The notes: a model not told the origin generated them from the letters alone. 64,000 bases of DNA from Podarcis cretensis (GCA_951804945.1 OX638149.1:48546001-48610000); one strand, 5' to 3'. Shown: positions 1 through 12,903, counted from the stretch's first letter. Numbers and translations: made by a program.

Positions 1-135
1 CTCTTCCTGTTGAGTGTGTTCCATTTGTAAATTGAGTCCCCCGCTGCTATGGGAAAGCACACCTTGGTTTAAGAACGCTTTGGTTTAAGAACGGACTTCC
101 GGAATGGATTAAGTTCGTAAACCAAGGTACCACTG
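1..135. mobile_element. Right end of a Tc1/mariner (Tigger-like) MITE
   Basis: Ends ...aaggtaccactg|TA; same TIR type as the MITEs at 2059, 5449, 42522 and 60170. Confidence 0.7.
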
Positions 136-236
136 TATAGTATATAGTACCACTCTATTCCGCCTTGGTCAGACCACACCTGGAGTATTGTGTTTAGTTA
201 TGGGCACCATGATTTAAGAAAGACAAGCTGGAACAT

Positions 237-695
237 AATAAAAAAATTCCTTCCAGTAGCACCTTAAAGACCAATTAAGTTAGTTCTTGGTATGAGCTTT
301 CGTGTGCATGCACACTTCTTCAGATACACTGAAACAGAAGTCACCAGACCCTTCTATATAATGAGAAGGTGGGGAGGGGTATTACTCAGAAGGGTGGTGG
401 GATTGGGTGATTGGCAGATAGCTGTGATGAGCCTGTTGACGACTCTTAACGACTGCAATAGGTCTTACAGGAAAAAGCAAGGGGTGAGAAGGTGAAAAAT
501 GGCTTTGTCATGTATAATGAGATAAGAATCCAATGTCTTTGTTCAGACCAGGTCTCTCCATGGTTTTAAGTTTGGTGATAAGTTGCAATTCAGCAGCTTC
601 TCTTTCCAGTCTATTTCTGAAATTCCTTTGTAATAGAACAATAGAATTTTTTAATTTTGTTTTGACTATGGCAGACCAACACGGCTACCTATCTG
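237..695 (-). mobile_element. Penelope-like element 3' fragment (GIY-YIG C-terminus + pLTR), partly inverted, 12-bp TSD
   Basis: The minus strand encodes VLLQRNFRNRLEREAAELQLITKLKTMERPGLNKDIGFLSHYT*; TSD aagctggaacat at 225-236 and 696-707; near-identical to 18030-18412. Confidence 0.85.
290..327 (-). ncRNA. Minimal type-I hammerhead ribozyme motif (Penelope pLTR)
   Basis: Reverse complement GTAT-CTGAAGA-A-GTGTGCATGCACAC-GAAA-GCTC-ATAC: core CUGANGA and GAAA, stem I GUAU/AUAC, palindromic stem II. Confidence 0.75.
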
Positions 696-2058
696 AAGCT
701 GGAACATGTGCAGAGGAGGGCAGCCAAGTTGTTTAAGGGCCTGGGAACCAAGCATGAGGAAGAACAGTTGCAGGAGTTGGGTATGTTTAACCAGGAGACT
801 GAGAGGAGATATGATAGCCTTCTTCAAATGTCTAAAGGGCTGTACATGGAAGATGGAGCAAGCTTGTTTTCTCTTGCTGCAGAGGATAGGACTCAAACCA
901 ATGGATTTGAGTTACAAGAATGGAGTTTCCAATTAAACATCAGAAATAACTTTCTGACAGTAAGAGCTGTTCAACAGTGGAAGAGACTCACACGAGATGT
1001 GGTGGACACTCCTTCCTTGGAGGTTTTTAAACAGATGTTGGACGACCATCTGCCATTTATGATATAGTTGAGATTCCTGCATTGCAGGGAGTTGGAATAG
1101 ATGATTCTATGATTGTACAATCTCTCGGGAATAGAAAAGGCGAATGCTGTATTTACAATAGAGGAGCTAGGAAGCTGTGCTTTCTCTTCTTCACAGCAAA
1201 CAAACATCTGAATTGACCCTGTGGAAACCTGTGCAAAAGCGACTGTAATGTTAGCCACTGTGTAAATCAAGATTTCACAGACAGCATGAAAATTGCAAAA
1301 TTGTTGTGACATCCATGAAATTGACCAATGCATAAACAGGCTATGGGTGACTTTTGAGTAGCTGTAGTAAACATCCCATGAGGAGAAGGACAGGTGTAGG
1401 TTTGGTTATAATCTAGCTTCATCTTCACATATATTCTGTGGTATATTTTGCAAGAGGGAAAAATATACATAGACAATATATTTGTGGTTGGGGGGATTAT
1501 TTGAGGCTATTTTGTCCTTTGTGGTTTAATATTTGGTGTGGGTATATTGTGTGATGGCAAGGTTTGGGTAGCATTTTATGTTAGAAATCAAAGTTTTCTG
1601 GGAGTGAAATGATTCCCATAAACTCTGGAAGGCTCTGCTGACATATGCATCAAACTGATCCCAAGCTCATTTAGCTGTCTCATATGACTATACTGAATAG
1701 GAGTGGGAACTAAGTGGAATCCAATCTTTCTGAATTCTGAAAAGATGATCCCATGAGGATGGTGAATAATCATCAGTCACTGTCCTCAGGGACTACCTTG
1801 TCACCAGTGTGTGAATATGTACCATGCGATAAAGCCAAGCTGTCATTGATCAGTCGAGTGAGGGACCTTATTAAAAGTTCTGGGGGGTGGAAGCTCAGAA
1901 TTGAGGAGCCCCAAAGTAAAATGTAGGGGTGTTTTCTCTCCTGTCATATCAGATATGTGCTATGTATTGTTATTGTAGTTGTTTGCACTTATTAGTCACT
2001 TTTTTTGAAAAGTAAACTCAAAGCAACTTACAATATAATACAAAAATCAAAACCAATA

Positions 2059-2282
2059 CAGTAGTACCTCTGGTTTCGAACTTAATTTGTTCCAGAGGTC
2101 CATTCTTAACCTGAAACCGTTCTTAACCTGAGGTACCACTTTAGCTAATGCAGCCTCCTCCTGCTGCTGCGCCACCGTTGTGTGTTTTCTGTTCTCATTC
2201 TGAGGTAGTTCTTAACCCAAGGCACTACTTCCAGGTTAGCGGAGTCTGTAACCCAAAATGTTTGTAACCCGAGGTACAACTG
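2059..2282. mobile_element. Tc1/mariner (Tigger-like) MITE
   Basis: TA|cagtagtacctc ... gaggtacaactg|TA. Confidence 0.8.
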
Positions 2283-5092
2283 TACAGATCTAAACTAAAT
2301 AAAAGCTAAAAACATTCATATACTTAAAATGTGATCTAACATATCCCCCTACTTAAGGAGGCCAGAATATCAAAAACTATCAAAATTTAAGACGTAAAGC
2401 TTGGCTGAAAATAAATGTTTTGCCTGGTGTCAGAAACTAGCTTAGTTGTGGTGCCAAGTTGGGCTTCCATGGGGAGGTGGGCCTCCATAAGTGGGGAGCC
2501 ACTACTGAAAAATCCTGTTCTCATGCGCTCTTCTTCATCTTCAGCTGGCCACAAGGATGGCTCCATAGCTCAAAAGTAGAACACATGTGTTGCAGGTTCA
2601 ATCCCCAACATCTCCAGGTAGGACTTGCAAAGACAGGAGTCTAAAACTCTGGAAGTGTTAGCAATACTGTGCTAGATGGGGAAATGGCTGACTTGGTTGA
2701 AAGCCGTTTCCCATGTCCCCTTCACCTCCCCCTTTATGCTATATTGTTTGTGAGAACAGTAGTAGTTGTCTGGGAGAGCATGCTGGTAGGTCATGAGACC
2801 ATGTCCTCCATCAGGACATGCCAAGTATGGGCTAGGATCAAGTGCAATGTAAGTTAACCTCAGACTTCATGATGGGGACAAGGCCTCAAGATTATTTGTG
2901 GAGCTGGCTGAGGGGAACGGAGAGCTTTGAAAGCTGAGGCTGCAAGTGAAGACTGCGAAACGATTTCTCCACTGAGGTCCTTCTTGGGATTGACTTTGGC
3001 TAGAGACTACTCAGAATCCTCACAGGTACTAGTATCTGGTTTTAAAGATGGCAGATTGCTCAGCTGGCTCCTGTCAAGAGTGCTATGAAACAACCAGTAG
3101 ACACTTCAGTTTGGCAAGGCAACGCCTATAGAAATCCAGCCCATGTTAACAGCAGTAACCTATAGACCTTCCTTCCTTTTTGGGGGAGGGCAATGGAGGC
3201 TTGGCAGAAAGTTCCCCCACTGTTAGAAGTGTAGCTTACTTCAGAACATGGTCTGGCTGGCACATAAAATCTGACAAGATACTGTTCTTTGTAGAAGGTA
3301 TATTTTTAATCTAGCTACCTCGGTGGAAACTCCCCCAATTCATCATTCATGGTGTGTGCTTATATTTAATTTAAGATCAACTTGTAAATATTTATCCTCA
3401 CGCTAAAAATAAAGAGACCAACATTCACTTTTCCTTCCCGCCCCCCCCCCCCCAAACCTGGCTGGACTTCACCAGAATACTCTGATCTTTCATAATAAGG
3501 CAGACTTATGTTATATTATATATTATTTTTAATTGGGCTGGTTTCCTGCAACTTCTGCTTTGGCCAAGGAGCATCCCTGCCAGGCTCCCCACAAACAAAC
3601 CCAGCCTCCCCCTTCCCTGGCTAAGTGAAGCTTGTTTCCATGGTAGCCTCATTAAATTTGCATCTTGCTCAGCTTGGGCTGCATCACGGCTGCAAGTTGT
3701 ATTTTTAGCCCATGGCAGTTACATAATGAGAGAACTGGGGGAAGCAAGGAGGGCGGTTCCAGTGAGAAGCAGTGGCTCTGTGCGGCCCACTTGGCTAACT
3801 TTGCTCACTTGGGCTCCTGAGGTAACTTCTGCAGACAGTAGACCCTCAGCTGCTCCTGTCACATATCAGCCAGTAAGGCGACTTTCTTTTTCCTTTTCAT
3901 GAGCTGAACCAGGCAGTAGGCGTCACTTAATCTAGGAAAGGTGATTGATGGCTGCCAGCCCCTGACGCAGGCCGAAATCTCAGAGGTCTTGAGACAGGGC
4001 TGGAAGAATTGGCATGTCTTGCCTTTTGGAGGGGACGCAGCAGCACATGTGCTTCCTGAAGGAGAGAGCTTTTCCCTTCTTCCCCACCCTTTTGCAGAAG
4101 GAAAAGAACGGAAGGAGAGCATGCCCGCGTGTTGGAATGACTCAATCCTTCACAAGTTGCAGAGGCCAGACAGTTGACCCATTTCTATCTCCAGTGCTTA
4201 ATTTCTAAAATGAAAGCTCCCAGGCCTTGTGTGCCTGCCTGCAGAGAGTTCTGTCATGGAAGTCCTTCCTCAAATTCCTGAAGTGTAGGATGACTGCGGC
4301 TCTGTGATGATGAAGGAAAGGCACCCTGCCTTCATCATTTTTCATTAAGGCTTCATGCAGGGCAGTGGGGTGGCCTCCTTTACAGAGGACATGCCCTCTA
4401 TTTTAAGGAGTCCTCTGTTTGAAAGGCTCCTTCAAATAGTTTCAAGATGAAGGTAAATAAAAGGGGGATGAAGTTCCCCCTCAGCATTTAATACCTCGTC
4501 AGTCAACTGAGCTGGCACACAGGTCGCCTGGTCAGTCTTCTCCCATGTGGTGAGCTGTATTCAATTTCTATATAAATCATAGTAATTATGTCCTCATTTG
4601 CATCTATGCATATAAATTGGATGATAAAATTTTATAGAAATCTGTGCGTTCCCATTTTTGGCAATGTGAAAATGGTGAACTTAGTTCCACAATTGAATTC
4701 TAGCAGCAAAAATAGTTTTCTAACTCCCCCAAAAAACTGGGAAATGAAACTATGGAACAGAGTGGTTAAGAACATGAGCTATGCACTGGAATGCTCCCAC
4801 TTCACCTCAAAATCTTTGGCAACCCTCCATCTCTCAGCCCTCCTATCTGCAGTATGGGATAATCATATCTTGTAAACTGTCCTTATACTCTGTTAACTAC
4901 ATATATATCTTTTAATAAATAAAATAAATAATCCAAGCCTATTTTGATGTTGAGCAATCCCATGGATTGTGCCACTGTGGATATGTGGAGCTAAGGGCTG
5001 ATGAGTGAGTCCAAAACCAACAGTTGTGCAAGCACATGGAAGCTGCTTCATGCATCAAACGTTTTACGTGCACTTCATCTAATGACTGTGCA

Positions 5093-5121
5093 CACAACAA
5101 CAACAACAACAACAACAACAA
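5093..5121. repeat. (CAA)n microsatellite at the L2 tail
   Basis: Direct reading. Confidence 0.95.
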
Positions 5122-7700
5122 CTATTTTATTTATACCCTGCCCATCTGTCTGGGTTTACCCAGCCACTCTGGGCAGCTTACAGCACATAAAAAATTGTAA
5201 AACATCAGACAGTAAAAATTTCCCAATAAGGGGGCTGCCTTCAAATATCTTCTAAAAGTCAGATTGTTATTTGTTTCCCTAACATCTGATGGGAGGGCAT
5301 TCCACAGGGCGCACACCACTACTGAGAAGGCCCTCTGCCTGGTTCCCTGTAGCTTTACTTCTTGCAGTGATGGAACATCCAGAAGGCCCTCAGAGCTGGA
5401 ACTCAGTATCTGGGCTGAACATTAAGGGTGTAGACGCTCCTTCAGGTACAGTGGTGCCCCGCAAGACGAATGCCTCGCAAGACGAAAAACTAGATGAAAG
5501 GGTTTTCCGTTTTTCGAGGCGCTTCGCAAGACGAATTTCCCTATGGGCTTGCTTCGCAAGACGAAAACGTCTTGCAAGTCTTGCGATTTTTTTCTTTTTT
5601 CTAAGCTGCTAATAGCCGCTTTGCCGCTTTGCCGCTAAGCTGCTAATAGGGTTGCTTCACAAGACGAAAAAACCGCAAGACGAAGAGACTTGCGGAACGT
5701 ATTCTTTTCGTCTTGCGAGGCACCACTGTATACTGGGCCGAGGTCATTTTGGTCTTTAAAGGTCAGCACCAACACTTTGAATTGTACTCGGAAATGTACG
5801 GGGAGCCAATATAGGTCTTTCAGGACTGGTGTTATATGGTTTTGGTGGCCGCTCGCAGTCACCAGTCTAGTTGCCACATTCTGGATTAGTTGTAGTTTCC
5901 GAGTCACCTTCAAAGGTAGCCCCACGTAGAGCGCATTGCAGTAGTCCAAGCGGGAGATAACCAGAGCATGCACCACTCTGGTGACACAGTCTGTGGGCAG
6001 GTAGGGTCTCAGTCTACTACCACGGTGGAGTCTACCTCTTTCCAAATCTGAGTGACTTTATCTGCAAACAACTTTGCAAAATCATTCCAGGAGATCTTGG
6101 GGTCCTCACCAGGCCCTGATGGTGAAGGTGGTTCTGTTAGATTGCAAACTACCTGAAAGTCTCCTGCTGCTATTTTCTACAGATGCAATAGAGGCGGTGA
6201 AGAAGGTCCACTTTGCTGTTGCTATCACCACTTGGTTGAGCTCTAACCCACGTCTGCTCAGTTCAGAATATGTTTTCCACCACTGGCGCTCTAGCTGCCT
6301 CAGTGATTGTTTCATCGCCCTCAGCTCTGGAGAAAACCACAGGGCTGTCCGGGCTCCATGCAATCAGAGAGGGCACTTCGGAGCCAGACAGTTGATAGCC
6401 CTGGTTAACTCCGCATTCCAGTGGGCCACCAGGGAATCAGCTGAGAGGCCATCAGCATGGGATAAAACATCCCCTACCGCTCTTTGGAAACCATCTGGAT
6501 CCATTAAGTGGCGAGGGCGGACCATCCGAATCAGTTCTACCTCCCTGCAGAGGGAAAGGGTTGTGGAGAAGTCTAGTTGCATCAGGAAGTGATCCGATCA
6601 TGGCACTTCTTTTGTTTCACTTTTCCTTAATGTCAAATCACCCACATCCGTAGAGGTAAACACCAGATCTAAGGGATTTCCATGGCTATGAGTTGGGCCA
6701 AACTTATTCAGGGACAGCCCCATGGAGACCATGCTTTCTATGAAGTCCCAAGCTACCCCTTGTAAGGTTGTGCCAGCATGGATGTTAAAATCCTCTAGGA
6801 CAACCAAACTAGGTGTCTCCAGGAGAACATCTGCCACAACCTGAAGCAGCCCGGGCAGGGAATTCTTGGTGCAGCGGGGACGTCGGTACACCAAAAGGAA
6901 TCCTGCATTGCCCCTATTGCCCAGCTTCCAGAACATGCACTCAGAAAACTGGGTCTTCCCAATAGGATGCCTGGTGCAAACTAATGACTTCCTAAAAATC
7001 ACTACAACCCCTTCTCTCCCCACACATACGACCTGGGTTGCTGTGCTTAAGAAAAACTTGGTGGACAAGCAGCGGGCAAGAACAGGCCCATCTGCCTCGT
7101 TCAACCAAGTCTCTGTTACACATGCCAGGTTAAGTCCTCCATCCATGATCGCATCATGGATGGCAGCGGTCTTGTGAATCATTGACCTGGCATTGCACAG
7201 CAGCACCTTCAGGTCATGTGGGTATCCCTTGCTGATTCCAGTATCCATCCGGTCATGACCAGATCCGAAGGCAGGGATAGTCTTCCGACAACGAGTAAAC
7301 CTGCCTCTTCAGTAATGACATGGTCTGGTCCTAGCATAACTCCTTCTCTTACCCATGATCACTGAGATCAGGTGTCCCGGTGCATCCCCCCACTGTGGAA
7401 CATTCCCCAGCCATTCTGTTGGCTAGGGCCCACTCCCAGGCAGCCCTGACCCTCTCCCCTTCAGAACAGAATACAAACTATACAATAAACCAATAAGACA
7501 GTAGAAACCAATTATTAAAAAAATTACATTTATACTAAAACTAATCCCCAGCCCCAACTGAATGTTTATCCTACCCTCCAACAGAGCAAAAACAAACCAA
7601 AAACCAAAATTTAAAACACCACAGATTAAAACATATTTTAAAACATTTAAAAACATTTGGGGTAGGATGGAAAAAATTGCTGGAGCCATTTAGCAAGTAA
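5122..7700 (-). mobile_element. L2-clade LINE, internally deleted (APE endonuclease + ORF2 C-terminus, RT core missing)
   Basis: ORF 6598..7248 LLCNARS...ACVTETWL...DFNIH...LDLVF (APE); ORF 5635..6045 VHALVISRLDYCNALY...LQLIQN (L2 C-terminus); 3' tail abuts (CAA)n. The 5' boundary is approximate. Confidence 0.88.
5449..5728. mobile_element. Tc1/mariner MITE nested in the L2
   Basis: TA|cagtggtgccccgcaagacgaa ... ttcgtcttgcgaggcaccactg|TA; internal GCAAGACG repeats. Confidence 0.9.
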
Positions 7701-8339
7701 CACTGGCTAGTTGTATGAACCAGCCTTTGAACAGTTGTATTTTATGCATGAATCAGTTCCTGGTGATTCCAGATCAAATGTGCTCTCAAATTAGAACATC
7801 GTTTTTAAAAGGTTTGCCAGCATCACATGCAACTCTTTGACAGAACGCCCACTGTCAACAGCCATAAATGTTTTCAAACCCAGTTCCACCCTTTGTTGTC
7901 CCTGTGTGGCACATTCGCCTTCACTTGGGCTTCAGTGTTGTCACCACGGGCCCCGTTTATTCTGCAATGTGTTTATTACTTGTGTTGCTGTGAGAGAAAA
8001 GGTGGGGAAGGGGAACAGCTTGACTCTAAACCAATATCTCTGGGCTCTAATAAACACTATCTCTTTGTTTGCAAACTGAGAAAAAAATTGATCTGGAATC
8101 ATTGGGATATAACAAACACACCACCCCATGATGCCATTTTAACAGTGAGCTGATCAGAAATGCACTACACAGCCTGAGATGTCAAGCCAATTTGTTTTGT
8201 TACTAGCTGTTGAAACAGGGACATAGATTCAAGTGTTTTCGGGGAAACTAATCTATGATGTGCCTTTATAAAGTGGACGTAAGAACCCACCCACCTACCC
8301 CACTCAGCTCCATCCCTCTGCCCTATCTGAACTGGGAGA

Positions 8340-9180
8340 GGAGAGTTAGACCAGCGCTTGGAAGCTGTGATGGGCTGGTGTGGGCCAGTAAATTGTGGGT
8401 GAATCCTGAAAGGACAGAAGTGTTAGATGTCCCAAGTTCTCACATATGGGAGGTTGAGAAACAACTTGTCCTGGATACGGTTGCAACTCCCTTGGATTGA
8501 GCAAGTCTGCAGCTTGGTGGTACTCTGGGATTCAACAGTGTCACTGGAGGCAGAGGTTGCCTCGGTGGTTAGGAGTGCCTTTCTCCAGCTCCAACTGGTT
8601 AACCTGTTATGACTCCTTTTGGACACAAATGACTGGGCCACTGTCTTCCATGCTCTGGTACTTTCCAGACTGGATTATTGCAATGCGCTCTACATGGGGC
8701 TGCCTCTGAAGATGACTTGGAAACTTTAATTGGTCAGAAATGAAGCAGCAGCCAGATTACTGAATGGGCTTCCACTGAAATCCCATTACTCCTCTTTTAT
8801 GGGTTGCCAGTTTGGATCCAGACCCTTGGCTTACAGCCCAAAGCAACCCAGGCCCTAAATATCTGAAAAGCTGTGTCCTTTCCTACAAATCTCTTGGGTG
8901 CTAAGAGCTGTGTAGGGGGGCCCTTCTGCCACCTCAGAAGCTCGAGGAGAATGCATTCTCTGTGAGTTGTGGAACTTCCTCTACACAGACATATGCCTGA
9001 TGGGAGGTTGAGAAACAACTTGTCCTGGATGCCTTATACAGTTTTTGGTGAATGCTCTTTACCTTAGCCTTTGATACCTAAGATGTATGTTTTCATGATT
9101 TACCCTATTTTTTATTATTGTGGTTTTTTAATTGTATGCTTTGAAACTGTTTTAGTGTTGTATTTTACATTTTTGTAAGG
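8340..9180 (+). mobile_element. Decayed L2 LINE 3' fragment
   Basis: Frameshifted LWVNPERTEVL...HALVLSRLDYCNALYMGLPLK motifs. Confidence 0.75.
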
Positions 9181-9990
9181 TGCCATTTTACCTTCCATTC
9201 ACTCCCAACAACCCTGTGAGGTGAGTTAGACTAAGTGAAAAACCCAAGGTTCCCCAGTGAATTCATGGCTGAATGGTGATTTGAATCAGGGTCTCCACAG
9301 TCCTGGTCCTCCTGGTCCTTCTCTTTGGTCCGATAGTTGATCTCCAAATTTGTGTTGCGCTTTAGGCAATATAGTGCAGCATATCTTCCATCATGAACTT
9401 GCAGTGCCAAACTGCATCGGCATAAGACAACCTTGGAACTTAGTACACAGCAGCTTCTTCTTTTTTAGCATGGAAGCATGTAATAGTTAATATATTTTGG
9501 CATAATTGCCTTTCTGTGTTTCATTCTGTGACAGTGCAATAACAGAACCTTTTGGGAGAGAATTCAGTGAATGACATAAGGAAGGATGAAGACGCCAGGA
9601 AGGCTGGCACGATATATGAGGAAAGGGTAAAGGTGCCCAAATAAGAGAGAGGAAGGCACAGGGGAGCAGGAGAGACATGTGAGGTGGACCCACTTGTAGA
9701 AAGTGTCTGGATCCATTGAGCAGCCACCAGGAAGAGGGATGGGGTGTCACACTTTAATCAGCAGGCATCGTTTCCTGCTGCCAACCTCATCTCACAACCC
9801 ATCAGTGCTTTGATAGATAGACAGATAGATATGGGTTCTGTGACACAAAGGATGCTTAAGCCTTCAAAGCTGACAACTGTTCCGTGTTGCACAGAGATCC
9901 TCTCACAGAACCTTCTTTCTGACTTCTTTGAACAATCCCATCTTTGCCACCATCTCCATAGCAACAACATTCTGCTGCTGAAGGATAACC

Positions 9991-9994
<4 letters not shown>

Positions 9995-10038
<44 letters not shown>
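9995..10038. repeat. (GA)n microsatellite
   Basis: Direct reading. Confidence 0.95.
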
Positions 10039-10040
<2 letters not shown>

Positions 10041-12903
10041 TCTATATATAGCTTCCAGATCTCCCTTCCTTCAGCTAAAAGCCTTAAACCAAGGGAGGCA
10101 GTTTGAAGTTCTGGACACCTCATGGCAGGGCAGGGCAGTACATTCAGTGGAGAGGAGATAGGGAGTAGTCTGGGGACCCTGAGCTCATTTGCCTTCCTTT
10201 TCAACACTTGTGCAGGAAGGCATCCAAAAACCTTTCAGTCCTACCTCTAGACTTCAAAAGGATCCCTACTACACTTCAAGAGCCCATGTTTTTCAAGAGA
10301 ACCAAAGACCGTTGATTATTTCATCAGGCTATAAATCCATGATGGGGTTTGACACAAGATTTTGTTCTTAAAGTAGGTGGAGCAGAATTAGAGCAAAAAA
10401 TTAAAATACATGACGGATATTGCCAAGAAGTCTACTACCTTTCTTAAATTTATTCAGTTTAAGATTTTGCAGTGCTTACACCACCTGCTACCTGTGTCTT
10501 TCACTCCCCTCCACTCCTTTCCCTTGCCCTGTTATCTTCTCATTGTCAAAAACTAGGATATATACTCCTTGGGGGCCCAACTTTTGGGTTTTGCATGTAC
10601 AAAAAAACCAGGGAACAATCCCCAACCTCTCCCTTTTATACTCTTGCCAATACAGAAGACTTGAGAAAATGTTATGATGTTCCCTCTTGCTTCTGATGCA
10701 TTTTGGGGAAGGGAAGAAAAAACAGGAGAAACTCCTTCTGCTGCTTCCATTCTCCAAACTGAGGCACAAGAAGGCCTGCTGGAAGCTGCTGGGACTGCTC
10801 TTTGCCAGGGGGACAGGGGCCCTTGATCCTTTGTGAGCTAGTGTGAGAGACTGTGGATACCTGGGATTGAGGGACAAACTTGTTCCCAGAATGTGGCCCA
10901 CAATTTCACTTGCTGTGCCTGTTATGGCAAGTGTTTCTGACACATGTGATTTCTGTTATATCCGAGCACAGCCTGAGTGATGTGTAGTTGTCGTTATCAT
11001 TGCCAGAGTGAATTAAGGGAAGCTGGGCTGAGTCATGGAGCAAACCCAGTCACCGTAGACCAGTGGTAGGGAATCTGCAGCCCTCTGGATTTTGCTGGGT
11101 TCCAACTCCCATCAGGCCCAGCCAATAGAGCCAGTTGTCAGGGAAGATGGAAACCGTAGTCCAGCAACATCTGCTACAGTCAGCTTTCCCAGCCTAACCT
11201 ACTGCACACACACACACACACATAAAATAGTGGGAATTACCAATGTTTGCTCATTAGTCACATGTCTAGAATGGAAAATAATCCAGCGAATACAAAATTG
11301 GTATTCACAGTTGTGTTTCCTTTGCATTGAAATGAACAATGCAATGACACCATGATATGTGTAATTTACATAACTAATTATATAAGTTATGTAATTTTTC
11401 CATAGCATACAGTGAGATGAATAGTGTGGTTTTTAGTGGAAGGCGAACTACAGCAGAACAGAAAGAGTGCTGCATGTGACAAAATAGAGGCCAGAATGGT
11501 AAATGATGACTTCTTGCATGAAGGATAGGGGTGACATTGTTTTTTAATTGACTCATTAGCAGTATTTTCATGTAATTTAAATTAAAAATTGGATATTTCA
11601 TGTACTCTGTTCTATCTTTCAAATGTTTCAGGCAGGGCCGGCCCTACATGACTGAGGTTACCACTTTAGGCAGCTGATTTGGGATGTCATGAAAAAACAG
11701 AAAATTGATAGTTACTTAATTTATCATTTTTGTATTTTTACTGCCAGAGAGCAGGAGAGGAGACTGGGGATTTCCTGTCGCAGTTGCCAAAATAACTTCA
11801 CTGGCCTTGATTATTATATCCCTGGACTTTGGAGAGGGTTTGGCATCATTTGCTGCTGCACCTCAGGAAGCAAAATGTCCTCCTGATGCCAGGAGGAGAG
11901 GATGATCAGTGTGTGGAAACATGGACTGAGCATGCTAAGGAGTCTTTGTTCCTGGGATAAGCACAGGATTTCACATCCCGTAAAATACAGTAATATATTG
12001 CAAAAAGGCTAAACAGGAGTTCTCTTTTTAAACGGAAACTGAAATAAAGTCTAACAGCAATAAAGATTTCACTGGGCTAAAAATGAAAAACAAAACAGGC
12101 TCTGAATTTAGAAAGGCAGGGTGGAAGGGAAGGAAAACGAGGGGGCAAAATAAGTTGAAATGGGGACTCTTTGTGCAATATTTTCCTTGTTACTTAATTT
12201 GCTAATTGCCATCTGTTAAATTGCATATGTAGTTACATCAAGAGCCTCTGATCCCGTTTGGCCTCCTTTCTCAATTAATCACTGGCATGAGTGCAAAGTG
12301 AATGCAAAAGAATGCTCTGATGCTTTCGCTCCTGTGCCTCCTCTGGATTTTCATAAATGGCAAATCAAGATAGCATACTTGGAGAAAATGAGAGGTCCAC
12401 TTACTGACTTTAACAGAAGTTAGCCCAAATGAAGTACTTAACGTCCTTAAAGAATGTGTCTATGGTACTTAATTCCCTATATACTTTGGGCTCCCAGGAG
12501 GCTTCCACCCCAAAGTTGTCAATGTTTCCCTTTTTTAAAGGGAAATTCCCTTATTCCGAATAGGATTCCTCACAAGAAAAGGGAAAAGTTGACAGCTATC
12601 CGCCCATGTTATGAATCAGAGTCACACCCTCTTTAGTGGCTCTGCAGTAGCAAGAGCTCCAAGAGCATTCAGTGGGTCCCTGTATTAGTTTAATGCAGGG
12701 GCAGCCCCAGATGTTGCTGAACAACTTCCATCAGCTCCAACCAGCATGCTCAGTGGTCAGGGATGATGGGAGATGTAGTTGAAGAACATCTGGAGGGAAT
12801 CATGTTGGCTATGCTTTCAGCTTTAGCTACGTATCATATTCAGGACAGTTGTGCCTTGTGGTAAAGCAATGACTTGTCATTCCTGAATGTGTAGGAGTGC
12901 AAG

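Larger units (their letters stand above)
147..1115 (+). mobile_element. CR1 LINE 3' fragment (ORF2 C-terminus + 3' tail), interrupted by a Penelope insertion
   Basis: LVRPHLEYC motif at ~163-190; ORF 708..1067 QRRAAKL...FLTVRAVQQWKRL...SLEVFKQ typical of CR1; attctatgatt tail. Confidence 0.9.

Noticed and set aside
292-495. 67-aa ORF repeated almost identically at 18117..18320
   Set aside because: It is the antisense frame of the Penelope 3' region; the duplication reflects TE copies, not a gene family.
5461-5720. CRISPR-like spaced GCAAGACGAA repeats
   Set aside because: Repeats are ~10 bp, irregularly spaced, in both orientations, inside a TA-flanked MITE in a vertebrate genome; no cas genes.
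6598-7248. Longest ORF (216 aa) as a nested antisense host gene
   Set aside because: It is the APE endonuclease of a broken L2, with stops and frameshifts downstream.
9744-10207. ORFs with ER/LS repeats (also 26576-26974, 39762-40001, 59083-59465)
   Set aside because: Open frames created by dinucleotide or tetranucleotide microsatellites.
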